The notes under the pieces are model-generated. The model saw only the letters and a program-made list of their open reading frames with translations, was not told where the DNA came from and searched no databases. Below are positions 48,892 to 58,206 of a DNA stretch of 64,000 nt, piece by piece. Source of the stretch: Planctomycetota bacterium (lineage in GTDB: Bacteria > Planctomycetota > GCA-002687715 > CAIWVZ01); assembly GCA_044222185.1 (NCBI GenBank), contig JBGANV010000001.1, positions 2,080,001-2,144,000 of the forward strand, written 5' to 3'. Positions within the stretch are counted from its first letter, which is position 1; each line of letters begins with the position of its first letter. The translations under genes were made by a program, and so were the position numbers.

Positions 48892-50502
48892 ATGTCCCTG
48901 GAAACCAAGCGCTTCGTGATCGGGATCCTCGGCGTCGTGTTCCTCGCGTCGCTGATCTTCGTCCAGTACATGGAGGTGACGCGACGACGCGCGGAGGCCG
49001 GCCTCGATCCCGCCACGATCTCGGTGCCATCGAATTCCAAGCAATGCGTCGATTGCCACAGGCAGTCGAATCCGGCGATCGTGGAACACTGGACTGGCAG
49101 CACGCACGCAGCCAAGGGCGTGGGTTGTTTCGAATGCCACCAGGCCCAGCAAGGCGAAGCGGACGCGTTCGAGCACTACGGCCAGACGATCGCCACCGTC
49201 GTGACGCCGCGGGACTGCTCCCGCTGCCACGACGAGGAGACGAAGCAATTCGCCGCGAGCCATCACTCGAAGGCCGGCGACATCCTGGCGTCCCTCGACA
49301 ACTTCCTCGCCGAGAACGTGGAAGGCATGCGCGGCCGCTTCAACCCGCACTCGCCCACACCGGGCAAGCCGAACGACATGGTCAACGGCATGGCCAGCGT
49401 GAACACGGGCTGCAAGCAATGCCACGGCGGCAAGGTCGGGATGCAGACCGATGATGGCGGCATGGTGACGGTCGACGACCTCAAGCCCGACGAGACCGGC
49501 AAGCCCACGAACAAGGAAGCCGTCGCGAAGATCTTCAAGGATCAAAACGGCAAGCCGCGCCTGCACGCGAGCACGTGGCCCAACACGGGGATCGGCCGCA
49601 TCAACCTGGACGGGTCCCGAGGATCGTGCTCCGCGTGCCACAGCCGTCACGACTTCTCGCCGCGACGCGCACGGCAGCCCGAAAACTGCGGCAAGTGCCA
49701 CCTCGGACCGGACCACCCGCAGGAGGAGATCTACAACGAATCCAAGCACGGCGTCGCCTATCGCGACCTGCGCGACAAGATGAACCTGGACTCGAAGACG
49801 TGGGTCCTCGGCAAGGATTACTCGGCAGCCCCCACCTGCGCCACGTGCCACATGTCCGGGAACACGCGCAACGGGGGCAAGAGCACGCACGACCCGGGTG
49901 AGCGCATCTCGTGGACGAACCGCCCGCCGATCAGTCTCGTGATGGACACGGACGCGAACCACAAAGTCATCACCGAGGCGGATCCGGCCAAACGAGCCGC
50001 GCAGACGGCGGACAACGCGGAAAACAAGCGCACGCGCATGAAGGAGGTCTGCTCGCACTGCCACACGCCCGACTACATCAACGGGTTCTACAAGCAGTAC
50101 GACGACTTCGTGATCCTCTTCAACGAGAAGTTCGCGAAGCCCGGCAAGCAGATCATCGACCTCCTCCGCGCCCAGAACCTCATCACGAAGCCCGACTTCG
50201 ATGAGGAGATCGAGTGGACGTGGTACTTCCTCTGGCACCACGAGGGTCGCCGTGCGCGCCACGGTGCATCCATGATGGCGCCGGACTACGCGCACTGGCA
50301 CGGCATGTACGAGGTCGCGGACCGCTTCTACATGCAGCTCCTCCCTCAAGCGCGTGAGATCGCCAAGCACGCGGCAGAGTCGGGCAAGACGGAACAAGCC
50401 GCGGCGGTGAACGGGCTACTGGATTCGATCCTCGCCCGCCCCGAGCACAAGTGGCTCCCCGACCAGCTCGCGACCCTCAAGCCGACGGCGCCGCCGAAGT
50501 GA
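48892..50502 (+). CDS. Membrane-anchored octaheme cytochrome c, hydroxylamine oxidoreductase (HAO)-like family
   Basis: Eight CxxCH (CVDCH, CFECH, CSRCH, CKQCH, CSACH, CGKCH, CATCH, CSHCH); CHSRHDFS, GPDHPQ.EIY.ESKHG, APTCATCHM and APDYAHWHG; N-terminal TM helix. Confidence 0.9.
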   Translation: MSLETKRFVIGILGVVFLASLIFVQYMEVTRRRAEAGLDPATISVPSNSKQCVDCHRQSNPAIVEHWTGSTHAAKGVGCFECHQAQQGEADAFEHYGQTIATVVTPRDCSRCHDEETKQFAASHHSKAGDILASLDNFLAENVEGMRGRFNPHSPTPGKPNDMVNGMASVNTGCKQCHGGKVGMQTDDGGMVTVDDLKPDETGKPTNKEAVAKIFKDQNGKPRLHASTWPNTGIGRINLDGSRGSCSACHSRHDFSPRRARQPENCGKCHLGPDHPQEEIYNESKHGVAYRDLRDKMNLDSKTWVLGKDYSAAPTCATCHMSGNTRNGGKSTHDPGERISWTNRPPISLVMDTDANHKVITEADPAKRAAQTADNAENKRTRMKEVCSHCHTPDYINGFYKQYDDFVILFNEKFAKPGKQIIDLLRAQNLITKPDFDEEIEWTWYFLWHHEGRRARHGASMMAPDYAHWHGMYEVADRFYMQLLPQAREIAKHAAESGKTEQAAAVNGLLDSILARPEHKWLPDQLATLKPTAPPK

Positions 50503-50706
50503 GGAATTCACCCGCGATTCACCGCGCGGGTGCTCCGGGCTCCGCCCGAATCGACGCCTCGGGTACGCACCGCTGACGCACGCCGATCTGCCGTTGTGCG
50601 TAGAGATCCAATCGCGTCATCGGACGAAACTAAAGACACGTTCGGGCCCCGCAGAGCCCCTTGTGGCGGTGCGATGACCGGGCACCAACGTGTGGTCATG
50701 ATCGAA

Positions 50707-51363
50707 ATGGCGAAGACGACCGTTTACCTGCTGGATGATCAGGCGATGATCCGGGCAGCGTTCCGGCATTGGCTGAGCCAGGCCGACTGGCTCACGATCG
50801 TTGGAGAGCAGGGCAACCCGAGGACCGCGATTCACGAGATCGCGGACATCAAGCCCGACATCGTCCTCCTCGACATCGCCATGCCCGAACTCTCGGGCCT
50901 CGACGCCATCCCGTTGATCCGGGACGTCGCGCCACAGGCGCGCATCGTGATGATGACCAATCACGAGGGCGAGTGCTTCGTTCGCCAGGCCATCGACCGC
51001 GGCGCGAGTGGCTATCTGTGCAAGGACTCCGATCCCGACGAACTCGTGACGGCGCTTCGGGCCGTGCGCGGCGGGACGAGATACGTGTCACCGAAGGCCG
51101 GCGCGCAGAACCCGACGGCTCCGCCAACCACGCATCCCGAGACCCAAGCGGCGAACGGACTCGACGCCCTCACGCCCCGCGAGCGCGAGGTGTTCCTTCT
51201 CCTCGCCATGGGGCGGTCGAACAAGGAAGTCGCGCGCGAGTTCCACATCAGCCTCGGGACGGCCAAGAAGCACCGCGAGAACCTGCAGCGCAAACTGGAC
51301 TGCCATTCGCCCGCGGATCTGGCGCGGCTCGCGATTCGCGAGGGGCTGCTCCCCGCGAAGTGA
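50707..51363 (+). CDS. NarL/LuxR-family response regulator (copy 2, paralog of 38184..38846)
   Basis: Same receiver and HTH motifs; identical C-terminal GTAKKHRENLQRKLDCHSPADLARLAIREGLL. Confidence 0.93.
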   Translation: MAKTTVYLLDDQAMIRAAFRHWLSQADWLTIVGEQGNPRTAIHEIADIKPDIVLLDIAMPELSGLDAIPLIRDVAPQARIVMMTNHEGECFVRQAIDRGASGYLCKDSDPDELVTALRAVRGGTRYVSPKAGAQNPTAPPTTHPETQAANGLDALTPREREVFLLLAMGRSNKEVAREFHISLGTAKKHRENLQRKLDCHSPADLARLAIREGLLPAK

Positions 51364-51366
51364 CGC

Positions 51367-52293
51367 TCACCGCACGGTGAAGCGTGCGACGACGGGGCGG
51401 TGATCGGAGACGGTCGTCGCGACGACGCGCGTCTCCAGGTGCTCCCAGGAACCGGGCGCCAGGACGAAGTCGATGCGCTCCTTCGGATCGTCCGCCGGGA
51501 AGGTGAACGCGCGACCGTCGAAGTCGCCGCTGAACGCATGGGTCTCGCGGAACGCCGCCATCGACGGGCTGGGCGGATCCGCATTGAAGTCGCCCGCGAC
51601 GATCGCGGGCGCGCCCCCGAGCCACGCCACGATCTGCGCGGCCTGGCGCGCGTTGTTCGTCCGGCTGAAGGAGTCGGTGTGCATGGCCCCGAGAAGCACG
51701 GGGCCCGAGGGCAGGCTCAAGCGCGCGCGTAGGAACCTCCGATTGTTCGTCGTCACCCAGAACGGGCGGCGGCCGGCCAGATCCTGGTTGTCCACGGGTT
51801 CGATCGGATAGCGCGAGAGGATGGCGTTCCCGCCGACGATGCGAAGGAACGGGACCCCGAAGTTGTAGTTCTCGCCGAAAACCCAATGGCGCAGCCCCGC
51901 CGCCTCTGCGATGCCGATCACCTGATCCGTCGCGCAGGGCGTGCACTCCTTCACGGCTTCGGAGAGGAACACGATGTCCGGTCGCTCACGACGAACCACG
52001 TCGGCGAGGTCATCCAGTCGCCTGCGAGCTTCCGCCCGCGACGCGAACCGCACGCCTCCCCTGTGAACGAATCCCTTCGCCACGTTGTAGGCAAGCACGG
52101 TGACGGTCGTGCCCACGGCCGGCGGCGGTGCGGCCACGGCGGTCGTGACTCCGGCCGTCGGTGTCGTGCCGGCAGCGAGCACCAGCCCGTTGACGACGAA
52201 CAGCAGCGGCGGTGCGACGAGAAGCACCAGAACCGACACGATGATTCGGCGTCGGCGGGTTCGAGACCGAGGGGAAAGGCTCTCATCGACCAT
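51367..52293 (-). CDS. Endonuclease/exonuclease/phosphatase family protein with N-terminal TM anchor
   Basis: AYNV, PDIVFLSE, GNAILSRYP, IVAGDFN, RIDFV and SDHRPV motifs. Confidence 0.9.
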   Translation of the reverse strand: MVDESLSPRSRTRRRRIIVSVLVLLVAPPLLFVVNGLVLAAGTTPTAGVTTAVAAPPPAVGTTVTVLAYNVAKGFVHRGGVRFASRAEARRRLDDLADVVRRERPDIVFLSEAVKECTPCATDQVIGIAEAAGLRHWVFGENYNFGVPFLRIVGGNAILSRYPIEPVDNQDLAGRRPFWVTTNNRRFLRARLSLPSGPVLLGAMHTDSFSRTNNARQAAQIVAWLGGAPAIVAGDFNADPPSPSMAAFRETHAFSGDFDGRAFTFPADDPKERIDFVLAPGSWEHLETRVVATTVSDHRPVVARFTVR

Positions 52294-52475
52294 CGGTGAA
52301 CTATACCCCGCCCCATCTCAGCCTGCCCGATCCGGCGCGCAGGCAGGAGGTTGGAGCAGCTACCCACGTCGCCCCCGCACGGGGTGCCCAGGTTCGTAGC
52401 GTCGTCCGAGGACCGCCGAGCGATGATGAAGCCATGGAGCCGCCCCGACGTGCCCGGCTCCGGAAAGGTTCGGCC

Positions 52476-52937
52476 ATGTTCGCGATCAAGAAGATCCTCG
52501 TGCCAACCGATTTCTCGCCCAGTGCACGCGATGCAGTCCTCTACGCCGTGGACCTGGCGAAGACGTTCGGAGCCGACCTCGTGGTGATGCATGCCCTCGA
52601 GCCTGTCCTCGCCTATCCGGTGTACGGCATCGAGACGCCCATCACGATTCCCCAGCAGGACGAGGTGCGAAAGAGCATCGACGTCCAGATGAAGAAGCTG
52701 CTGGAGAACGACATCAAGGGAGCCGTGCGCACGAAGACGCTGGTTCGTGAGGGTCGCGCACCGGTCGAGATCGTCCGCGCCGCCAAGGAAGAGCACGTGG
52801 ACCTGATCGTGATCGGGAGCGCGGGCTACTCCGCGTTCACCTACGCGCTCCTGGGCAGCACGGCCGAAAAGGTCGCGCGCAAGGCGAGCTGCCCCGTCCT
52901 GCTGTACCGCGAGAAGGGTCGGGAGGAGCCTCGGTAG
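52476..52937 (+). CDS. Universal stress protein (single domain)
   Basis: KILVPTDFS, DLIVIGS.G, LLGSTAEKVAR.ASCPVL; SD GAAAGG. Confidence 0.93.
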   Translation: MFAIKKILVPTDFSPSARDAVLYAVDLAKTFGADLVVMHALEPVLAYPVYGIETPITIPQQDEVRKSIDVQMKKLLENDIKGAVRTKTLVREGRAPVEIVRAAKEEHVDLIVIGSAGYSAFTYALLGSTAEKVARKASCPVLLYREKGREEPR

Positions 52938-53029
52938 CCCCACGGCGGCGGGAGTCCGGATCGACCTGACGCGCACGCCGGCTTCGATCGGAGGCTCGCA
53001 CCAAAGAAATTCGGCCTCTCGCCGTGTCC

Positions 53030-54160
53030 ATGGGTGTGGTGCCTCGTCTCACGACTCGCGGTGCACTCACGGCGACGGTCGCTCTCGCAGCCTGGGTGCT
53101 CGCCGCCGCGATCCTGCTGGCTCCCCCGCCGCATGACGGGTCGTTCCCGGTCGGCCGTGGCGATCCGCCGGCAACCGTCGTCGCGGCGTCGTCGCCGGAT
53201 CCGCAGCCGCCGATTGCCGCCTGCCGGTTCGCTCCGGCCGCAGAGAGCGTGGAAATCGCCGGCTCCGAAACGGGCGTGGACGCGCCTCCGCCGAGCGGTG
53301 GCGCGGTCATCGTCACCGTGACCGCCGTCGGCGTCCCGATCGCCGGCGCGAGCGTGCGCGTGTTCAGCGATGGCGCCGTGCCATTCCGTGCGGGCGAAAC
53401 GGACGCGCAGGGCCTGGTCCGCTTCGAGAACCTCGAGGAGGGCGACTACTTCGCGACCGCGGCGCCACCCAACGCGATCGCGCCCGGTGCTCGAAGCGAG
53501 GAGTCCTTCCACGTCGGCAAAGGCGAGACGGCGCATGGCGTCGATCTCGGCCGGCCGACGACCGTCACGTTCCAGTTCGTCTGCGAAGGACCCGCGTGCA
53601 CGCCAGCGGACCTGGAGGTCGCACCGGGATGGGACGTCGTCGGAACCTGGAGTCTGGGCCTCGCGACCACGTCGGACTGGGTCCTCGACGCGCCCGCCTG
53701 CAACGCGACGCTCCGCTGGTGGGCGCCGCCGGGCGCCGACGGTTTCGTGGTGCAGTTCCAAGCTCCGAGCCTCGCGAAAACGCGAACGGAGGTCCGCCTC
53801 ACGGGCCGGGCTATCGATGGCCCGATCCTGGTGACGCTCACGCGCGCGCCCGCGCAACTCGGCGTGCGGGTGATGCGCCCGCTCGGTGGCCTCCGGGCCG
53901 TCGACCTCTGCCTCGACCGCCTGGACGAGGGCGGAGATTCCCTCCTCGGTACGGAGGTCTTCTGCCCGCCGCGGGACCCGGAGGCCCGGCTCGTGGGCGG
54001 CCCGCCGGATGGCAGCGTGCGCCTCCGCCGCGCTGCCCTGCCGCCCGGCGTCTATTCCGTGCGCCACACGCCGTCGGGGCTGCGCACACGCCCTGTCGAC
54101 CTCCGGCTCGGCGGGTCCGCCGCCGAGGTGAGCTTGGACCTGTCGTCGCTCGACCGCTGA
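53030..54160 (+). CDS. Membrane-anchored hypothetical protein with carboxypeptidase-regulatory-like domain
   Basis: N-terminal TM helix; GVPIAGASVRV...TDAQG.VRFENL..GDY motif; start approximate. Confidence 0.6.
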   Translation: MGVVPRLTTRGALTATVALAAWVLAAAILLAPPPHDGSFPVGRGDPPATVVAASSPDPQPPIAACRFAPAAESVEIAGSETGVDAPPPSGGAVIVTVTAVGVPIAGASVRVFSDGAVPFRAGETDAQGLVRFENLEEGDYFATAAPPNAIAPGARSEESFHVGKGETAHGVDLGRPTTVTFQFVCEGPACTPADLEVAPGWDVVGTWSLGLATTSDWVLDAPACNATLRWWAPPGADGFVVQFQAPSLAKTRTEVRLTGRAIDGPILVTLTRAPAQLGVRVMRPLGGLRAVDLCLDRLDEGGDSLLGTEVFCPPRDPEARLVGGPPDGSVRLRRAALPPGVYSVRHTPSGLRTRPVDLRLGGSAAEVSLDLSSLDR

Positions 54161-54393
54161 GGTTCCGCTCGGCGGCCGCATGCCGGTCGAGCGCGATTTC
54201 TTGCGCCTGAGCAAAAGTCGAGACCGTATCTCGCCCGATACTCATCCGGTCCCGATGTGTGGGACGCGCCACCGTCCTGGAGCGCATGTCCGAAGCGATC
54301 GACTCGACCGCACGCGGACGACCCGACATCCCGTGAAGTCCCGAACCCTCCCGGCGAGGGGCGTTCGCCGTCCACCACGACCGAGGTTTCAAC

Positions 54394-55935
54394 ATGTCAC
54401 GCAAGGCGGTTTTCACTCCACTGGCGCTCGTCTCATGTCTCGTCATCGCGGGCACCTCCGTCGCGCAAATCGGTGTGCCGGTGATCGTTCACCCGACGCT
54501 GTCGGCAACGGTCGGCGCGACCGTCGTCTTCAGCGGCTCGAATGATCCCTCGGCCCTCGCCGTCGACGTGCGCATCGACGGGAGCCTGAACACGGCGACG
54601 GTGAACGGCACCTCGTGGGCGTTCCGCACGACGCTCACCGACGGTGTCCACACGGTCGACGTGCGGGCGGGCGACGGCTCCACCTACAGTGCATTCTCGA
54701 CGGCACAGTCCATCACCGTGGACAGCGTCAGCGTGCCGGCGACCACCAGCCCGCCGTCTGGAGTCTCCCCGACGGCCGCCGTGATCGCCATGGAGTGGAG
54801 CTCGGCACCGACGGCGGTGTCGTACAACGTCTACCGCAACGACGAGCTGGTCGTGAACGTCGCCGTGACGTCGTTCACGGAAAGCGCCGTCCTCGCCGAC
54901 GGGACGTACAGCTACAGCGTCGCCGCGATCGACCAGTTCGGGTTCGAGGGATCGGTGAGCTTCCCCCGCGACTTCCAGCAGAATGCCACCTGGCCTTCCA
55001 ATGTGATGACCGTGGGGTCCCAATCCGGTGACGGCTTCGGAGAGATCGACGCCGCCGTGAACTGGATCGCGAGCCATTCGCTCACGAATCAGACCATCCT
55101 CGTTCACGACGGCTTCTACCAGCCGTTCGCGGCATACAACGGCGTCCGCATCCACGCCGTTCCCGGATCGTCGGTCGTGGTCGACACGTCGACGGCAGGC
55201 GCCATCGTCTCCGGCGGGGCAGCCTCCGAGAGCTTCGAGGTCGTCGGGATCTCGTTCGTCGGATCGGCGACGCCGCAATTCGACGTGAGTGGATGCTCCG
55301 TTCCCGTCGTCCTCGAGAGTTGCGGCTTCAGCGGCTCTGCCGGGACGGCCGTCAACGTCTCGGGCTCGCGCAGCGTTTCGATCCAACGTTGCACGATCTC
55401 CGGCAACGCTCCCCTCGTGCTCGGAGGTTACTCGCTCGCGTCCATGATCGCCGGCAGTCTGACCACGACGGGTACGGATGCCGTCACGCTCTCCCAGGCG
55501 TCGCAGCTGTTCAGCCAGGGTGCGACCGTCAGCGGCAACGCCTCGGTATCGCCGAACTCGCAGTTCGTGACGCTCGGCGGCACGCCGATGGAGATCGACG
55601 CCCCGTGCACGGTGACGGCTGGAGTCACCTTCCAGCTCACGTTCCGTGGTCCGGCCTCGCAGGTCTGGGGGCTGTTCGCGCACGGTACGACGAGCCTCGG
55701 CTACGCGTACAACCCGTGGGCTTCGATCGACGGTGCATTGCTGCTCGACTCGACGTCCGTCGTACTCGCATACGCGGGCATGACCGACGTGGCGGGCCAG
55801 GAACAGGTGAACGTGAGCATTCCGAACGACTCGTATTTCCGCGGGTACCCGTTGCAGGTGCAGGCCGTTGGCTTCGAGCCGACCGCGAGCGCGTGGAGCC
55901 TCAGCAACGAACTGACGGTCGTCGCAATTCCTTGA
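54394..55935 (+). CDS. Secreted protein: Ig-like, FN3-like and beta-helix-like regions plus the shared C-terminal domain
   Basis: Signal peptide; SYNVYRN and YSYSVAAID FN3 motifs; ends VSIPNDSYFRGYPLQVQAV...SLSNELTV; SD GAGG. Confidence 0.82.
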   Translation: MSRKAVFTPLALVSCLVIAGTSVAQIGVPVIVHPTLSATVGATVVFSGSNDPSALAVDVRIDGSLNTATVNGTSWAFRTTLTDGVHTVDVRAGDGSTYSAFSTAQSITVDSVSVPATTSPPSGVSPTAAVIAMEWSSAPTAVSYNVYRNDELVVNVAVTSFTESAVLADGTYSYSVAAIDQFGFEGSVSFPRDFQQNATWPSNVMTVGSQSGDGFGEIDAAVNWIASHSLTNQTILVHDGFYQPFAAYNGVRIHAVPGSSVVVDTSTAGAIVSGGAASESFEVVGISFVGSATPQFDVSGCSVPVVLESCGFSGSAGTAVNVSGSRSVSIQRCTISGNAPLVLGGYSLASMIAGSLTTTGTDAVTLSQASQLFSQGATVSGNASVSPNSQFVTLGGTPMEIDAPCTVTAGVTFQLTFRGPASQVWGLFAHGTTSLGYAYNPWASIDGALLLDSTSVVLAYAGMTDVAGQEQVNVSIPNDSYFRGYPLQVQAVGFEPTASAWSLSNELTVVAIP

Positions 55936-56079
55936 GCACGAGCCTCGGCGCTCGTTGCAGATCCACGGCGCGGACGTAGCCTTGCGGCTCATCCGCGTCG
56001 CGGAGCTTCCTCGCAGGTGCGCGGCTCGACGCCTCGCGCTGGGCGACGGCGATCTCCGGCGGGTGCGCCGGAGATCCGC

Positions 56080-57726
56080 ATGAACACCCGCCTCACCCTC
56101 GGCACGATCGTCGCGCTCTGCGCACTTCTCACGAGCTGCGCCCACACGGATGCGGAGAAGGCGCCGCTCGCCGCCGAGCCGGCCGGCTTCCATCGCGCCG
56201 TGACGACGAAGTCCCCGTCAGCGCAGGACGCGTTCGATCGAGGGCTGCTCGCCTGCTTCGCGTTCAACCACGAGCAGGCGATCGCGGCGTTCCAGGAGGC
56301 CGTCTCGCACGATCCATCGTGCGGAATGGCGTGGTGGGGCCAGGCCCTCGCGGCCGGACCGAACATCAACAATGCGGAGATGACGCCCGACAGTCTGCGC
56401 ATGGCGGTCGACGCCGTCGGACGGGCGCGCATCCTCGCGCCGGCTCAAAGCCCGGTGGAACGCGAGCTGATCGAGGCCCTCTCGAAGCGCTACACGGACC
56501 CGCCGCCGGCCGACCGGGCCGCCCTCGATCGCGCCTACGCCGATGCCATGCGCGAGGTGTGGAGGCGCCATCCTGATGACGCCGACGTCGCCGCGCTCTT
56601 CGCCGAATCCATGATGGACCTGCGTCCGTGGGACCTGTGGACGCCCGCCGGCGAACCCCAGCCAGGCACGCTCGAGATCGTCTCCACGTTGGAGGCCGCG
56701 CGACGTCTCGCTCCCGACCACCCCGGAGCCCTGCACTACACCATCCATACGCTCGAAGCGTCCCCCGAGCCCGGCCGTGCGCTTCCCGCAGCCGATCGCC
56801 TGCGCGACCTCGTCCCCGATGCCGGCCACCTCGTGCACATGCCGTCGCACATCGACATCCGCATCGGGCACTACGAAGAGGCCATGAAGGCGAATCGACG
56901 CGGCATCGCCGCCGACCTCCGCCTCGTGGAGCGCGTGGGTCGCGGACACTTCTACGACCTGTACCGCGCGCACAACTACCACTTCCTCGTGTACGCAGCG
57001 ATGTTCGACGGGCAGAGCCGCGTGGCGATCGAAGCCGCGCGCGAGCTGCAACGAGAGCTCGCTCCCATGCTCGCGACCGACGCGAAGCGATACGTCGACG
57101 GGTTCGTGGCGACCCCGTACTCGGTGCTCGTCCGCTTCGGCCACTGGCAGGAGATGCTGAACGAGCCGGCGCCGGACCCGGAGCTGAAGTACACCGTCGC
57201 CATGTGGCACCACGCTCGCGGAATGGCGTTCGCCTCGCTCGGGCATCCGGAACAAGCCTCGGCCGAGCTGGCCGCCTTCAACGCCGCAGCCAAGGAGATC
57301 GCACCCAGCGTTCACATCGGCAACAACGCGGCGCAGACGGTGCTCGACGTCGGACGTCCACTCCTCGAGGGAGAGATCGCGTACCGCCTCGGCCACTTCG
57401 ACGAGGCGTTCGAACGGCTGCGCGAGGGCGTGGCGCGGGACGACGCGCTGAAATACGACGAACCCTGGGGCTGGATGCAGCCGGTCCGGCATGCGCTCGG
57501 CGCGTTGTTGCTCGAGCAGGGGCGGGCCGAGGAGGCACTCGCGGTCTACGAAGCCGACCTCCGCGCCCACCCCGAGAACGGCTGGTCGCTGACGGGGCTC
57601 GCGGACGCGCTCACGCGCATGGGTCGCCTCGAGGAGGCGAAGGTGGTCGAGGCGCGGTTCGCGAAGGCCTGGGAGCGCTCCGACACGCGGCTTCCCGGCT
57701 CGTGCTTCTGCAAACGGCCCCGCTGA
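56080..57726 (+). CDS. TPR-repeat lipoprotein, His-rich conserved family
   Basis: Lipobox LTSC; FNHEQA, GPNIN, HPGALHY.IH, GHLVHMPSHI and HNYHF motifs; C-terminal SCFC. Confidence 0.85.
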   Translation: MNTRLTLGTIVALCALLTSCAHTDAEKAPLAAEPAGFHRAVTTKSPSAQDAFDRGLLACFAFNHEQAIAAFQEAVSHDPSCGMAWWGQALAAGPNINNAEMTPDSLRMAVDAVGRARILAPAQSPVERELIEALSKRYTDPPPADRAALDRAYADAMREVWRRHPDDADVAALFAESMMDLRPWDLWTPAGEPQPGTLEIVSTLEAARRLAPDHPGALHYTIHTLEASPEPGRALPAADRLRDLVPDAGHLVHMPSHIDIRIGHYEEAMKANRRGIAADLRLVERVGRGHFYDLYRAHNYHFLVYAAMFDGQSRVAIEAARELQRELAPMLATDAKRYVDGFVATPYSVLVRFGHWQEMLNEPAPDPELKYTVAMWHHARGMAFASLGHPEQASAELAAFNAAAKEIAPSVHIGNNAAQTVLDVGRPLLEGEIAYRLGHFDEAFERLREGVARDDALKYDEPWGWMQPVRHALGALLLEQGRAEEALAVYEADLRAHPENGWSLTGLADALTRMGRLEEAKVVEARFAKAWERSDTRLPGSCFCKRPR

Positions 57727-57735
57727 CTCGCCCGC

Positions 57736-58206
57736 TCAGCCCGACAACGCGCGGAGCAGATCGAGTGCGGTCGCGATGCCGATGGGGTGACGATCCTCGT
57801 CGACGACGATCACCCGGTGGATCCGCCCCTCGACCATCTGGCGCGCGACGGACTTGACGGACGCGCTCTCCTTCGCACAGACCGGCGTCGTCGACATCAG
57901 GTCCTCGGCGACTCCGAGATCGTCCGGGTTGAACGCCGCCTCGGACGGCCCCGTCCGGAGGCTCTCCCAGAAGTCGGTGCTGCCTGGACCGCCGGCTGGC
58001 CCTTCCACGCATCGGCGGATGATGTCGGTCTTCGAGATGACGCCGACGACACAGTCCATCTCGTCGACCACGGGCACGCCCGAGATGTCGTTCTCGGTGA
58101 ACACCTCGGCGATCCGCTGCAGCGACGCGGAGCGCAGCACGCAGATCGGGTCCTTGGTCATGACCTCGCCGACGGTCATCACTTGGCTCTTGGACTTCGT
58201 TGTCAT
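57736..58206 (-). CDS. CBS domain pair protein
   Basis: VGEVMT, ISGVPVVD, VGVISKTD, IHRVIVVD, IGIAT.LD; SD GGAG. Confidence 0.9.
   Translation of the reverse strand: MTTKSKSQVMTVGEVMTKDPICVLRSASLQRIAEVFTENDISGVPVVDEMDCVVGVISKTDIIRRCVEGPAGGPGSTDFWESLRTGPSEAAFNPDDLGVAEDLMSTTPVCAKESASVKSVARQMVEGRIHRVIVVDEDRHPIGIATALDLLRALSG

Noticed and set aside
48892-50502. Evidence for anammox or ammonia oxidation
   Set aside because: HAO-like octahemes are widespread; there are no hzs, amo or cycAB genes here, and the context is heterotrophic
50572-50632. Hammerhead ribozyme-like words (ctgacgc...cgaaac)
   Set aside because: The core needs CUGANGA but the sequence reads CUGACGC, and I could not build the flanking stems
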